Shown here in pieces: positions 1-12,955 of a DNA stretch of 64,000 bases. The stretch lies in NCBI GenBank assembly GCA_030390025.1, contig JASTWF010000328.1:372001-436000 (forward strand), given 5' to 3'. The notes under the pieces were generated by a model, which was given only the letters and a program-made list of their open reading frames with translations, ran no database searches and had not been told where the DNA came from. This DNA comes from Squalus acanthias (taxonomy: Eukaryota). Within the stretch, counting starts at the first letter, position 1. Every line of letters starts with the position of its first letter. The position numbers were made by a program, and so were the translations under genes.

Positions 1-2130
1 GGTTGAGAATGGATCTGGCCCGGGTAAATTGGAATCAAATATTGGCAGGCAAAAGGCTGCTTTTAAAGAGGAGATGGTTCGAGTACAGTCGAGGTACTTT
101 ACCACGAGTGGGAAAGGTAGGGCAACCAAAATCAGAGATTCCTGGATGACGAAAGAGACAGAGTAAGATGAAGCAGAAAAAGGATGTCAGGTTGAACCAG
201 GCTAAATATAGAAAGTTCAGACGGGAAGCGAAAAAGGAAATAAGAGGGGCAAAGAGAGAGTCTGAGAATAGATTGGCAGGTAACATAAAAGAAATCCAAA
301 AGTCTTCTATAGGCATATAAATAATAAACCGGTAGTAAGAGGAGGGTGGGGCCGATTAGGGATCAAAATGGAGACCTACGCATGGAGGCAGAGGGCGTGG
401 CTGAGATACTGAATGAGTACTTTGCATGTGTCTTTACCAAGGAAGAAGATGCTGCCAAAGTCATAGTGAAAGAGGAGGTAGTCGAGATACTGGATGGGAT
501 AAAAATTGATAAAGAGGAGGTACTAGAAAGGCTGGCTTGACTTAAAGTAGACAAGTCACCAGGACCGGATGCAATGCATCCTAGGATGCTGTGGGAGGTA
601 ACGGTGGAAATTACGGAGGTACTGGCCATAATCTTCCAATCCTCCTTGGATACGGGGCTGGTTCCAGAGGACTGGAGAATTGCAAATGTTACACCCTTGT
701 TCAAAAAAGGGTGTAAGGATAAACCCAGAAACTACAGGCCAGTCAGTTTAACCTCGGTAGTGGGGAAACTTTTAGAAACGATAATCCGGAACAAAATGAA
801 CAGTCACTTGGACAAGTATGGATTAATTAAGGAAAAGACAGCACGAATTTGTTAAAGGGAAACCGTGTTTAACTAAATTGAGTTGTTTGATGAGGTAACA
901 GAGAATGTTGATGAGGGCAATGCTGATGATGTGTACATGGACTTCCAAAAGGCGTTTGATAATGTGCCACATAATTGGCTTGCCAGAAAAGTTGAAGCCC
1001 ATGTAATAAAAGGGGCAGTGGCAGCATGTATACGAAATTGGCTAAGTGAGAGGACACATATAGTATTGGTGAACGGTTGTTTTTCGGACTGGAGGAAGGT
1101 ACACAGTGATGTTCCCCAGGGATTGGTGATAGGACCACTGCTTTTCTTGATATATATTAATGACGTAGACTTAGGTGTACAGGTGTACAGTTTCAAAATT
1201 TGCAGATGACACAAAACTTGGAAGTATACTGAACAGTGATGAGTATAGTGATAGAATTCAAGAATACATAGACAGGCTGGTGGAATGGGCGGCCACGTGG
1301 CAGAAGAAATTTATTGCAGAAAAGTGCGAAATGATATATTTTGATTCGAAGAACGAGGAGAGCAATATAAACTAAACGGAACAATTCTAAAGGGCGTGCA
1401 TGAACAGAGACACCTGGGGTATATGTGCACAATTCGTTGAATGTGGCATGGCAGGTTGAGAAAGGGGTTAAAACAGCATACGCGATCCTGGGCTTCATAA
1501 ATAGAGGTATAGAGTTCAAAAGCAAGGAAGTAATGATGAACCTTTATCTAAAAACTGGTTCGGCTTCAACTGCAGCATTGTGTCCAATTCTGGGCACCGT
1601 ACTTTAGGAAGGATGCGAAGGCCTTAGAGAAGGCGCAGAGAATATTTACGAGAATGGTTCCAGGGATGAGGGACTTCAGTTACATGGATAGACTGGAGAA
1701 GCTGGGTTTGTTCTCCTTAGAGCAGAGAAGGTTGAGAGGAAATTTGATTGAGGTGTTCAAAATCATGAGGGGTCTCCACAGCGTAGATGGAGAGAAACTG
1801 TTCCCATTGGCGGTAGGGTCGAGAACCAGAGGACACAGATTTACGATGATTGGCAGAAGAATCAAAGGCGACATGAGGAAAAGCTGTTTTACGCAGCGAG
1901 TGGTTAGGATCTGGAATGCACTGCCTGAAAGGGTGGTGGAGGCTGATTCAATCGTGGCTTTTAAAAAGGAATTGGATAAGTACCCGAAGGAAAAAAAATG
2001 CAGGGCTGCGGGAAAAGTGTGGGGGAGTGGGATTGGCTGAAGTGCTCTTGCAGAGAGTCGGCACGGGCTCGACGGGCCGAATGGCCTCCTTCTGTAACCA
2101 TTCTATGATTCTATCTTTCTATGATTCTAC
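1..2130 (+). mobile_element. Decayed CR1-clade LINE (ORF2 RT region and 3'UTR), 5' part outside the window
   Basis: Frameshifted ORF pieces with CR1 RT motifs (NYRPVSLTS, YMDFQKAFD, VPQGLVIGP, KFADDTK); ends in a TTCTATGA-type microsatellite tail at ~2100-2130. Confidence 0.92.
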
Positions 2131-2824
2131 ATGGCACGGGCTCATTAGTCAGGTGCTGACACCATGAGAGATATGGTCAATACATTCAAATAGAAGCACC
2201 AACTAGGACACATCTCCATGAACACACGGACAATGTCACTGCCCATAGAGACCAGAGGGTTCACACCCAGATATATGTTGTGTTTAGATATATATCATAT
2301 TCATAAACTACCAGAATTTAATATCAAAACGCAACAAATCAAAAATATTAAAAACAAACCTGTGAATAAAAATAATACAACACGCCCACACTGTGTAAAT
2401 CCGAGTGAAGGATCATATAGTTCATCAATGATCACCCGCTTGTTATTTCCCTGCAGAATATTCTCTGCTCCAGTAATAAGGCTGGTTTTGGCCTGCACTG
2501 TGCGAGTAAATCTCACCAATAGGCGCTCCCAGTGCAGAGTCTGGGCCGACAGGAGCCCGTCTGGAACTCGATTGTGGAGATCAGCGGGACTCTCTAGATT
2601 TCACTGGGCAGCTGTCTGTGTCACACCTGATGTGGAGAGTTGATCGTAACACTCGGGAAATGCTCGATCCCAGAGCTAACAGCTGTTGTACTGATGGGGG
2701 AGGAGGGACTTAATATCATGTTTAACCAGGCAACGTTCTCCTTCTCATTTTAATATTTCCATCTAACTCTCCTGTTAATATATTTGTTACAGAACATCAG
2801 AATCTGGGAACGCCTGTCACCACC

Positions 2825-2888
2825 ATGGCCGAAGGTCCAAACAGGAGAGAAGATCCAACATCTTCAACAAGACTGAGAATGGACACAG
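2825..2888 (+). CDS. NLR-like gene, first coding exon, copy a (MAEGPNRREDPTSSTRLRMDT; phase 1 end)
   Basis: Acceptor TTACAG ending 2792, Kozak CACCATGG, donor AG|GTGGGT at 2889; near-identical to copies at 8831 and 40182. Confidence 0.7.
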
Positions 2889-2984
2889 GTGGGTTCACAA
2901 AATTAGTTAAATATAATTTCTGTCCTGACAAATGTTCCAGATCTCGTGCAAGAATCTGAGCTTACAAAGGAAGAGGAAACTTAT

Positions 2985-3290
2985 TATAAGAAATAGGAGT
3001 ACGCCATTCAGCTCTTCGAGCCTGCTCTGCAATTAGTATCCAATAATCTATCGATCTTTGTCTTGAATATACTCAACAACTGAGCATCCACAGCCTCTGT
3101 GGTAGAGAATTCTAAAGATTCATAACCCTTTGAGTGAAGATATTTCTCCTCACTTTAGTCCTAAATGTCTGACCCCCTTATTCTGAGAGTCTGAACCCTA
3201 GTACTAGACTCACCAGGCAGTGGAAACATCCTCCCAGCAGCTACCCTGTCAAGCCCCTTAAGAATTTCATGTTTCAGTGAAATCACCTCA
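2985..3290 (-). mobile_element. CR1 3' fragment
   Basis: Reverse complement of CR1 ORF2 C-terminus and 3'UTR; absent at the matching intron position of copies b and c. Confidence 0.8.
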
Positions 3291-3719
3291 TGGAACTGGG
3301 CAGGAGCTGAGTACAAAGCAGGAAGTGAGTGACCATCTAGAGGGGCACTGCAGTCACAGGTGGAGTGAGCCCCTGAGTACTGGAACTGTCCAATAGATGC
3401 CTGGTATTGGGGACTATAAGGTGGATAGAGACAGTGACTCAGAGGATGGTCTTCCTAAGCAACAGTGTGACACCAGGGAGTAGGAGGTCACCTCGAGTGT
3501 TGGGGGGCAGGAGGTTGACAGCAGTTTACCCAAAGGAATAGGAGAACGATAAAAGTGTCTGATTCGACAGTTTGGGGAATAGACAGCTTCTGGTGCCAGA
3601 TGAAATAAAATGTTAGAATCGGTGTGACCTTTTCTGGAAAGGCAAGGAGAGCAGAAAATACTTCTGGTCAAAACCAATAACGCAACTAGAAATACTATTA
3701 AAAAAAATAATTTTCAAGT

Positions 3720-4250
3720 TGCGAGTGTCACTGGCAAGCTCAGCATTTCTTGCCCATTCCTGGTTGCCCTTGAATAGGTGGTGGAAGGCTGCCTTCTTGA
3801 ATCGCTGCAGTCCACCTGGTGACGGTGCTCCTTCAGTGTTTTTAGGTAGGGAGTTCCAAGGTTGAGATCCAGCGACAATGAAGGAGCAGTGATATATGTC
3901 CAGGTTCGGATGTTGTGTCATTTTAAGGGGAACTTCGAGGTGATGGTGTAACCTTGCACTTGCTTGCCTCGCCCTTCTAGTGCTAAATGTCGTGAGTTTG
4001 GGTGGTGTTGTCAACGATGGCTTGGCGAGTTACTTGAGTGCATCCTGTAGATAGCACTCAGTAGCCACAGTGCGCCAGTGGTGGAGGGTGTGAATATTTA
4101 ACCCAATGGATGGGGTGCTGATCAAGCAGAATGCTTTGTGCTGAATTGTGTCGAGCTTCAGAAGTGTTGTTGCAATTTGCACTCGTCCAGACAAATGGAG
4201 AGCATTCCATCACTTCCTGACGTGCCTAGTAGGCAGGGAAAGCATTGGGA
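3720..4250 (-). mobile_element. 3' fragment of a second CR1/L2-group LINE family ('family B')
   Basis: Reverse complement resembles the 3' end of the + strand element at 35695-37295. Confidence 0.75.
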
Positions 4251-4800
4251 TACAGTCAGGAGGGACTGGTCCGGGGAGTTTTGAACATTGGCATACAGTC
4301 AGGAGGGAGGGGTCCGGGGAGTTTTGAACATTGATATACAGTCAGGAGGGAGTGGTCTGTGGAGTTTTGAACATTGATATACAGTAAGGAGGGAGTGGTC
4401 CGGGGAGTTTTGAACATTGGTATACAGTCAGGAGGGAGTGGTCCGGGGAGTTTTGAACATTGGTATACAGTGAGGAGGGAGTGGTCCGGGGAGTTTTGAA
4501 CATTGATATACAGTCAGGAGGGAGTGGTCCGGGGAGTTTTGAACATTGGTATACAGTGAGGAGGGAGTGGTCCGGGGAGTTTTGAACATTGATATACAGT
4601 CAGGTGGGAGGGGTTCGGGGAGTTTTGAACATTGGTATACAGTAAGGAGGGAGTGGTCTGTGGAGTTTTGAACATTGGTATATAGTCAGGAGGGAGGGGT
4701 CCGGGGAGTTTTGAACATTGGTGTACAGTCAGGAGGGAGGGGTTCGGGGAGTTTTGAACATTGGTATACAGTCAGGAGGGAGGGGTCCGGGGAGTTTTGA
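4250..4800. repeat. 43-bp minisatellite, ~13 copies
   Basis: Unit GGGGAGTTTTGAACATTGGTATACAGTCAGGAGGGAGTGGTCC (starts at 4273, 4316...). Confidence 0.95.
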
Positions 4801-5505
4801 CACTGTGAATCCCCTCCCTCCATCATTGTGACACTGTGAATCCCCTCCTTCCCTCGCTGTGGCACTGTGAAGCCCCTCCCTCCCTCACTGTGACACTGTG
4901 AAGCCCCTCCCTCCCTCACTGACACCCCTCCCTCCCTCACTGTGACAATGTGAATCCCCCTCCCTCACTGTGACACTGTGAATCCCCCCTCCCTCACTGT
5001 GACGCTGTAAATCCCCTCCCTCCCTCACCGTGACACTGTGAATCCCCTCCCTCCCTCACTGTGACACTGTGAATCCCCCCTCCCTCACTGTGACACTGTG
5101 AAGCCCCTCCCGCCCTCACTGTGAAACTGTGAATCCCCTCCCTCCCTCAGTGACTCCCCTCCCTCCCTCACTGTGACAATGTGAATCCCCCCTCCCTCAC
5201 TGTGACGCTGTAAATCCCCTCCCTCCCTCACCGTGACACTGTGAATCCCCTCCCTCCCTCACTGTGACACTGTGAATCCCCCCTACCTCACTGTGACACT
5301 GTGAAGCCCCTCCCGCCCTCACTGTGAAACTGTGAATCCTCCCTCCCTCACTGTGACACTGTGAATCCTCTCCCTCCCTCACTGTGACACTGTGAATCCT
5401 CTCCCTCCCTCACTGTGACACTGTGAATCCTCCCTCCCTCACTGTGACACTGTGAATCCTCTCCCTCCCTCACTGTGACACTGTGAAGCCCCTCCCTCCC
5501 TCACT
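4801..5505. repeat. ~29-31-bp minisatellite, >20 copies
   Basis: Unit CTGTGACACTGTGAATCCCCTCCCTCCCTCA. Confidence 0.95.
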
Positions 5506-5689
5506 CTGAGTCAACTACTTCACTTTCCATCTGGAACTCGGTTGTGGAGATCAGCGGGACTCACTGGATTTCACTGGGCAGCTGTCTGTGTCACACCTGA
5601 TGTGGAGAGTTGATGGTAATACTCGTGAAATGCTCGATCCCAGAGCTAACAGCTGTTGTACTGATGGGGGAGGAGGGACTTGGTATCAT

Positions 5690-8600
5690 AGAACATAGAA
5701 CAGTACAGCACAGTACAGGCCCTTCGGCCCTCGATGTTGTGCCGAGCATTGTCCGAGACCAAGATCAAGCTATCACACTCCCTATCACTCTGGTGTGCTC
5801 CATGTGCTTATCCAATAACCGCTTGAAAGTTCCTAAAGTGTCCGACTCCACTATCACAGCAGGCAGTCCATTCCACACCCCAACCACTCTCTGAGTAAAG
5901 AATCTACCTCGGACATCCCTTCTATTTCTCCCCCCATGCACCTTATAGTTATGCCCCCTTGTAACAGCTGCCTCTACCCGAGGAAATAGTCTCTGAACAT
6001 CCACTCTATCTATCCCCCTCATCATCTTATAAACCTCTGTTAAGTCGCCTCTCATCCTCCTCCGCTCTAAAGAGAAAAGCCCCAACTCCCTCAATCTTTC
6101 CTCATAAGACCTCCCCCCCCCAAACCAGGCAGCATCCTGGTAAATCTCCTTTGCACTCTTTCCAATGCTTCCACGTCCTTCCTATAGTGAGGTGACCAGA
6201 ACTGCACACAATATTCCAAATGTGGTCTCACCAAGGTCCTGTACAGTTGCAGCATAACCTCACGGTTCTTAAACTCAAACCCTCTGTTAATAAACGCCAA
6301 CACACCATAGGCCTTCTTTACTGCTCTATCCACTTGAGTGGCAACCTTCAGAGATCTGTGGATATGAACCCCCAGATCCCTCTGCTCCTCCACGTTCCTC
6401 AGAACCCTGCCGTTGACCCTGTAATCCTTATTCAAATTTGCCCTACCAAAATGAATCACCTCGCACTTATCAGGGTTAAATTCCATCTGCCATTTTTCGG
6501 CCCAGCTCTGCATCCTATCAATGTCTCTTTGCAGCCTACAACAGCCCTCCACCTCATCCACTGCTCCACCAATCTTGGTGTCATCAGCAAATTTACTGAT
6601 CCACCCTTCAGTCCCCTCCTCCAAGTCATTGATAAAAATCACAAATAGCAGAGGACCCAGCACCGACCCCTGTGGCACACCGCTGGTAACTGGTCTCCAG
6701 TCCGAAAATGTTCCATCCACCACCACCCTCTGCCTTCTATGAGATAGCCAGTTACTTATCCAATCGGCCAAATTTCCCTCTATCCCACAACTCCTTACTT
6801 TCTTCATGAGCCGACCATGGGGAACCTTATCAAACGCCTTACTAAAATCCATGTATACGACATCAACTGCTCTACCTTCATCTACACACTTAGTTACCTC
6901 CTCAAAGAATTCAATCAAATTTGTTAGGCAAGACTTACCCTTCACGAATCCGTGTTGACTATCCCTGATTAAGTTGCCCCTTTCCAAATGGTCATAAATC
7001 CTATCCCTCAGGACCTTTTCCATTATCTTACCAACCACCGAAGTAAGACTAACCGGCCTATAATTACCAGGGTCATTCCTATTTCCTTTCTTGAAGAGAG
7101 GAACAACATTCGCCACTCTCCAGTCCTCTGGCACCATTCCCGTGGACAGTGAGGACCCAAAGATCAAAGCCAGAGGCTCTGCAATCTCCTCCCTTGCCTC
7201 CCAAAGAATCCTAGGATATATCCCATCTGGCCCAGGGGACTTATCGACCCTCAGGTTCTTCAAAATTGCTAAAACATCTTCCCTCAGAACATCTACCACC
7301 TCCAGCCTATCCACCTTTATCACACTCTCATCCTCAAGAACATGGCCCCTCTCCTCGGTGAACACTGACGAAAAGTATTCATTCATCAGCTCTCCTATCT
7401 CTTCTGACTCCATGCACAAGTTCCCACTACTGTCCTTGACCGGCCCTACCCTCACCCTGGTCATTCTTTTATTTCTCACATAAGAGTAAAATGCCTTGGG
7501 GTTTTTCTTGATCCGATCCGCCAAGGACTTCTCATGCCCCCTCCTAGCTCTCCTAAGCTCTTTTTTTAGCTCATTCCTTGCTACCTTGTACCCCTCAATC
7601 GACCCAACTGAACCTTGTTTTCTCATCCTTACATACGCTTCCTTTTTCCTCTTGACTAGACTTTCAACCTCTTTTGTGAACCATGGTTCTCTCACTCGGC
7701 CATTTCCTCCCTGCCTGACAGGGACATACCTATCAAGGACACGCAGTAATTGCTCCATGAAAAAGCTCCACTTTTCATTTGTGCCTTTCCCTGATAGTTT
7801 CTGTTCCCATCTTATACTCCCTAATTCTTGCCTAATCGCATCATAATTACCCCTCCCCCAATTATAAACCCTGCCCTGCCGTATGGCCCTATCCCTCTCC
7901 ATTGCAATAGTGAACGTTACCGAATTGTGGTCACTATCTCCAAAGTGCTCTCCCACATACAAATCAAACACTTGGCCCGGTTCATTACCCAGTACCAAAT
8001 CCAACGTGGCCCCACCTCTTGTCGGCCTATCCACATATTGTGTCAGGAAACCCTCCTGCACACACTGTGCAAAAACTATCCCATCCGAACTGTTTGACCT
8101 ATAAAGGTTCCAATCAATATTTGGAAAGTTGAAGTCACCCATGACAACTACTCTGTGACCTCCACACCTATTCATAATCTGCTTTGCAATTTCTTCCTCC
8201 ACATCTCTATTACTATTTGGGGGCCTGTAGAAAACTCCTAACAACGTGACCGCTCCTTTCCTATTTCTAACTTCAGCCCATATTACCTCAGACGGCAGAC
8301 CGTGTTTTCAGAATCCTCAAAGGGGAGGGGGAACAATCACAAGTCGTGGTACACATCGGTACCAACGACATAGGTAGGAGAATGGACGGGGATTTAGGAC
8401 GGGGATTTAAAACAGGAATTTAGGGAGCTAGGTTGGAAGCTGAGAGCCAGTACAAACCATGTACTCCTCCACCTTTCTTACCAACTTCCCTACTCTTACT
8501 GAAACATCTATACCCCGGAACTTCCAACAACCATTCCTGTCCCTGTTCTAACCATGTCTCCGTAATGGCCACCACATCGTAGTCCCAAGTACCAATCCAC

Positions 8601-8715
8601 GCTCCAAGTTCTCCTACCTTATTCCGGATGCTCCTTGCATTGAAGTAGACACACTTCAAGCCATCTTCCTGTCTGCCGGTACATTCCTGCGACCTTGATA
8701 CCCTCCTCAGTACCA
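5690..8715 (-). mobile_element. Young 5'-truncated CR1 LINE with 7-bp TSD GTATCAT
   Basis: GTATCAT at 5683-5689 and 8716-8722; empty sites in the paralogous segments at ~2710 and ~40070; EN and RT motifs; TTCTATG tail. Confidence 0.95.
6091..8244 (-). CDS. CR1 ORF2 (partial endonuclease plus reverse transcriptase), 717-aa open segment
   Basis: [38 protein letters not shown]; frameshift in a C-run near 6115, C-terminus continues to 5765. Confidence 0.9.
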   Translation of the reverse strand: MLGVFYRPPNSNRDVEEEIAKQIMNRCGGHRVVVMGDFNFPNIDWNLYRSNSSDGIVFAQCVQEGFLTQYVDRPTRGGATLDLVLGNEPGQVFDLYVGEHFGDSDHNSVTFTIAMERDRAIRQGRVYNWGRGNYDAIRQELGSIRWEQKLSGKGTNEKWSFFMEQLLRVLDRYVPVRQGGNGRVREPWFTKEVESLVKRKKEAYVRMRKQGSVGSIEGYKVARNELKKELRRARRGHEKSLADRIKKNPKAFYSYVRNKRMTRVRVGPVKDSSGNLCMESEEIGELMNEYFSSVFTEERGHVLEDESVIKVDRLEVVDVLREDVLAILKNLRVDKSPGPDGIYPRILWEAREEIAEPLALIFGSSLSTGMVPEDWRVANVVPLFKKGNRNDPGNYRPVSLTSVVGKIMEKVLRDRIYDHLERGNLIRDSQHGFVKGKSCLTNLIEFFEEVTKCVDEGRAVDVVYMDFSKAFDKVPHGRLMKKVRSCGIEGNLADWISNWLSHRRQRVVVDGTFSDWRPVTSGVPQGSVLGPLLFVIFINDLEEGTEGWISKFADDTKIGGAVDEVEGCCRLQRDIDRMQSWAEKWQMEFNPDKCEVIHFGRANLNKDYRVNGRVLRNVEEQRDLGVHIHRSLKVATQVDRAVKKAYGVLAFINRGFEFKNREVMLQLYRTLVRPHLEYCVQFWSPHYRKDVEALERVQRRFTRMLPGLGGGGLMRKD

Positions 8716-8830
8716 GTATCATGTTTATCGAGGCAACGTTCTCCTTCTCATTTTAATATTTCCGTCTAACACTCCTATTAATATTATATTTATTACAGAG
8801 CATCAGAATCTGGGAACTCCTGTCACCACC

Positions 8831-8894
8831 ATGGCTGAAGGTCCAAACAGGGGAGAAGATCCAACATCTTCAACAAGAATGAGAATGGACACAG
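8831..8894 (+). CDS. NLR-like gene, first coding exon, copy b (MAEGPNRGEDPTSSTRMRMDT; phase 1 end)
   Basis: Acceptor TTACAG ending 8798, Kozak CACCATGG, donor AG|GTAGGC at 8895. Confidence 0.75.
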
Positions 8895-9404
8895 GTAGGC
8901 TCACAAAATACTTTAAATTTAAATTCTGTCCCGACAAAAGGTCCAGATCTCGTGCATGAACCTGCAGCTCACACAGGAAGACGGAACAGGAGAGGGAATG
9001 AGTAGAAAGATTGAGGTTAGTGATCATCTGGAGGGACACCGCAGTCACAGGAGGAGGCAGTCTCTGAGTACTGGATACCTGGCATTGGGGACTGTAAGGT
9101 GGATAGAGACAGTGACTCAGAGAATCGTCTTCCTGAGCAACAGTGTGACACCAGAGAGCAGGAGGACATCCCGAGTGGGGCGGGGGTGAGAGGCAGGTGG
9201 GGCACAGGAATAGGAGAGCGATAGTGGTGGGAGATTCTATAGTCAGGGGAGTAGACAGACTCTTCTGCAGCCCTGAGCAGGTCCCGAATGGTAAGTTGCC
9301 TCCTTTGTGCCAGAGGGAAGAACATCCTGGAACGGGTGTGACCAGCTCTGTGAAGGAAAGGTGAGCAGACAATAGCCGTTGTCGGAACCAATAGCACAGA
9401 TAGA

Positions 9405-9530
9405 AAAGCTAAATATTGCAGAAGCTGGAAATCTGAAATAAAAACAGAAAATGCTGGAAATGCTCAGCAGGTCAGGCAGCATCAGTGGAGAGAGACACAG
9501 AGTTCACGTTTCAGGTCGATGACTTGCAGT
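9405..9530 (-). mobile_element. Penelope-like terminal repeat fragment
   Basis: Reverse complement matches the element at 28125-28235 (GACCTGAAACG..AACTCTG..GCCTGACCTGCTGAG..TTTCCAGC). Confidence 0.55.
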
Positions 9531-9571
9531 TCTGATGCAACTGTTGGAATATGAACAGTAAGGTAGGAAGT

Positions 9572-12500
9572 TAACATAAGAACATAAGAAATAGGAGCAG
9601 GAGGAGGCCATTTGGCTCTTCGAGCCTGCTCCACCATTCAATAGGATCATAGCTGATTTTCTACCTCCTCTCCACTTTATCACTTAATTCTCTTAATATT
9701 CAAAAATCTATCGATCTCTGTCTTGAATATAATCAACGACTGAGCCTCCACAGCCCTCTGGGGTAGAGAATTCCAAAGATTCACCACCCTCTGAGTGAAC
9801 AAATGTCTCCTCATAAATGGCCAACCCCTTATTCTGAGACTGTGACCCCTGGTTCTAGACTCCCCAGCCAGGGGAAACATCCTCCCTGCATCTACCCTGT
9901 AAGAATTTTGTATGTTTCAATGGGATCACCTCTCATTCTTCTAAACTCGAGAGAATATAGACCTAGTCTACTCAACCTTTTCTCATAGGACAATCCCATT
10001 AATCAATCTGGTGAACCTTCGTTGCACTCCATCTAAGGCAAGTATATCCTTCGTTAGGTAAGGAGACCTAAACTGTACACAATACTTCAGGTATGGTCTC
10101 ACCAAGGCCCTATATAATTGCAGTAAGACATCTTTACTCATATATTCAAATCCTCTTGTAATAAAGACCAACATATCATTTGCCTTCCTAATTGCTTGCT
10201 GTAACTGCATGTTAACTTTCAATGATTCATGTACAAGGACACCCAGGTCCCTCTGAACACCAACATTTTCAAATCTCTCACCATTTAAAAAAACACTCTG
10301 CTTTTCTATGTTTCCTACCAAAGTGGCTAATTTCACATTTCTCCACCTTATATTCCATTTGCCATGTTTTTGCCAACTCACTTAGCTTGTCAATATCCCT
10401 TTGAAGTCTTGTATCCTCCTCACAACTTACATTCCCACCCAGCTTTGTATCATCAGCAAACTTGGATATGTTACATGTGGTCCCCTCATCGAAATCATTG
10501 ATGTAGATTGTGAATAGCTGAGGCCCAAGCACTGATCATTGCGGTACCCCACTAGCTACAGCCTGCCAACACTAAAATGACCCGTTTATTCCTACTATCT
10601 GCTTTCTGTCCATTAACCAATCCTCAATCCATGCTAGTATATTACCACCATCCCATGAGCCCTAATTTTCTTTAATAACCTCTTTTGTGGCACATTATCG
10701 AATGCCTTCTGAAAATCCAAATACACCACATCTACTGGTTCCCCCTTATTTATTCTGCTAGGTACAACCTTAAAAAACTCTAACAGATTTGTCAAACACG
10801 ATTTCCCTTTCATAAATCCGTGTTGACTCTGCCAAATCTTATTATTATTTTCTAAGAGCCCTGTTACCACGTCCTTAATAATAGATTCTAGCATTTTCCC
10901 TACTACTGATGTCAGGCTAACTGGTCTGTAGTTCCCCGTTTTCTCTCTCCCTCCTTTCTTAAATACAGTAGTGACGTTACATTTGCTACTTTCCAATCTG
11001 CGGGAACCGTTCTAGAATCACGGAATTTTGGAAAATGACAACCAATGCGTCCACTACCTCTATAGCCACCTCTTCCAAACCTCTAGGATGTCGGCCGTCA
11101 GATCCAGAGGATTTATCGGCTTTCAGTGCCATTAATTTCTCCAGTACCATTGTTTAACTAATACTAATTTCTTTCATTTCCTCATTCTCGCCAGAGCCTT
11201 GGTTCATCACTACTTCTGGGAAGTTTTTTTTGCATCTTCTTCCGTGAAGACAGATACAAAAAAGTATTTGTTTAATTTCTCTGCCATTTCCTTATTCCCC
11301 AGTATAATTTATCCTGTCTCAGCCTGTAAGGGACCCACATTTACCGATAGAAGCTTTTACAATCTGTTTTTATGTCTCTCGCTAGTTTACTCTCATATTC
11401 TATTGTGCCTTTCTTTACCAATTTCTTGGTCCTCCTTTGCTGAATTCTACTATCCTCCCAATCCTCAGGCTTACTAATCTTTTTGGCAACATTATAAGCC
11501 TCTTCCTTTGATCTAATACTATCTTTAACTTCTCTTGTTAGCCACGGTTGTGCCACTTTTCCTGTGGGGTTTTTGAGCCCTAAAGGAATGTATATTTGTT
11601 GTAAATTATGTATTACTTCTTTAAACACTAGACATTGCTTGTCTACCATCATAACTTTTAATGTAGTTAACCAATCTACCTTAGCCAACTCGCACCTCAT
11701 ACCTATGTAGTTTGCTTTGTTTAGATTTAAGACACTAGTTTCGGATTTAACTAAATCATTTTCAAACTCAATATTAAATTCTATGATATTATGGTCACTC
11801 TTCCCTAAATGCCCCTTTACTACAAGGTTATTGATTAACCCTTTCTCATTGCACAATACTAGACTTAAAATAGCCTGTTCTCTGGTTGGTTCCTCAACAT
11901 ACTGATCTGGAAAACTATCTTGCATACATTCCAGGAATCCGTCCTCCACATTATTACTGCAAATTTGGTTTGCCCAGTCTATATGTAGATTAAAGTCCCC
12001 TATGATTACTGTATTACCCTGGTTACATGCGCCTCTAATTTCCTGATATATACACTGCCCTACATTACAACTACTGTTTGGGGGCCTAAAAACAAATCCC
12101 ATCAATGTTTTCTGCCCCTTGCTGTTTCTTAGCTCCCCGAAACTGATTCTACTTCTTGATTTTCCGAGCTAAGATCCTTTCCCTCTAATGTCTTTATCAC
12201 ATTCTTTATTATCAGGGCTACCCGACCTCCCTTTTTCATTTTGCTTAACTCTTCTAAAAGTTATGTATCCTGGAATATTTAGTTCCCAACCTTGGCCACT
12301 TCGCAACCACGTCTCTGTTATGACTATTAGATCAAACCTGTTCATTTCTATCTGTGCTATTAATTCATCAATTTTGTCGTGAATGCTTCGTGCATTCAGA
12401 TATAGTGCCTTTAGCTTTGACTTTTTTCTATTTTTCCCTGATGTCACCTTAGTCAATGATGCCTTATTACGTTTGTTAGTCACTCTGATCCTTCCTGACG

Positions 12501-12790
12501 CACTCTGCTTAATCCTACATCAAACTGTACTCTGCTCTAGAGCCTTGACATTTCTCTCGCTGCTTTTAAATTTATGCTTACCTGCATCCTCCCAACCTCT
12601 CTTCATTTGTTTAAATTCCTGTCGACTTCCATAGTTATTCAGTTCACTAGAACACTGGTCCCAGCTCGGTTTAAGTGGAGCCTGTCGCAGCAGAGCAGCT
12701 CCCTCTTTCAACTGGTGCCAGTGCCCCATGAACTGAAACTCCTTCCTCCCACACCACTCCTTGAGCCACACTTTTAAATCACTAATCTGA
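9572..12790 (-). mobile_element. Decayed CR1 LINE (end of ORF1, ORF2 EN and RT, 3' tail)
   Basis: Fragments WLKEWCGR (esterase C-term), YLNARS, ITETW, GDFN, DFQKAFD, FADDTK; AACATAAG tail at ~9572-9590. Confidence 0.92.
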
Positions 12791-12852
12791 GAACTCATTT
12801 TTAATGTGGAAGCAAGTCATCCTCGGTTCCGAGGGACTGCCGAAGAAGAAGA
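12790..12852 (+). mobile_element. RTE-clade 3' tail fragment
   Basis: Near-identical to 16147-16210; ends in (AAG)n. Confidence 0.7.
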
Positions 12853-12955
12853 TCCCGACTTGGACATATATCGCCATTCTTTTGTGGTCACTGGGTCAAA
12901 ATCATGGAAATTGATGAACAGACGGATGTAAAAGAGCCTATGGTACTATTTCAAA

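Noticed and set aside
4801..5505. Many CACTGTG (RSS heptamer) motifs, also in 58290-61290
   Set aside because: No ACAAAAACC-like nonamer at 12/23 spacing and no V, D or J segments visible
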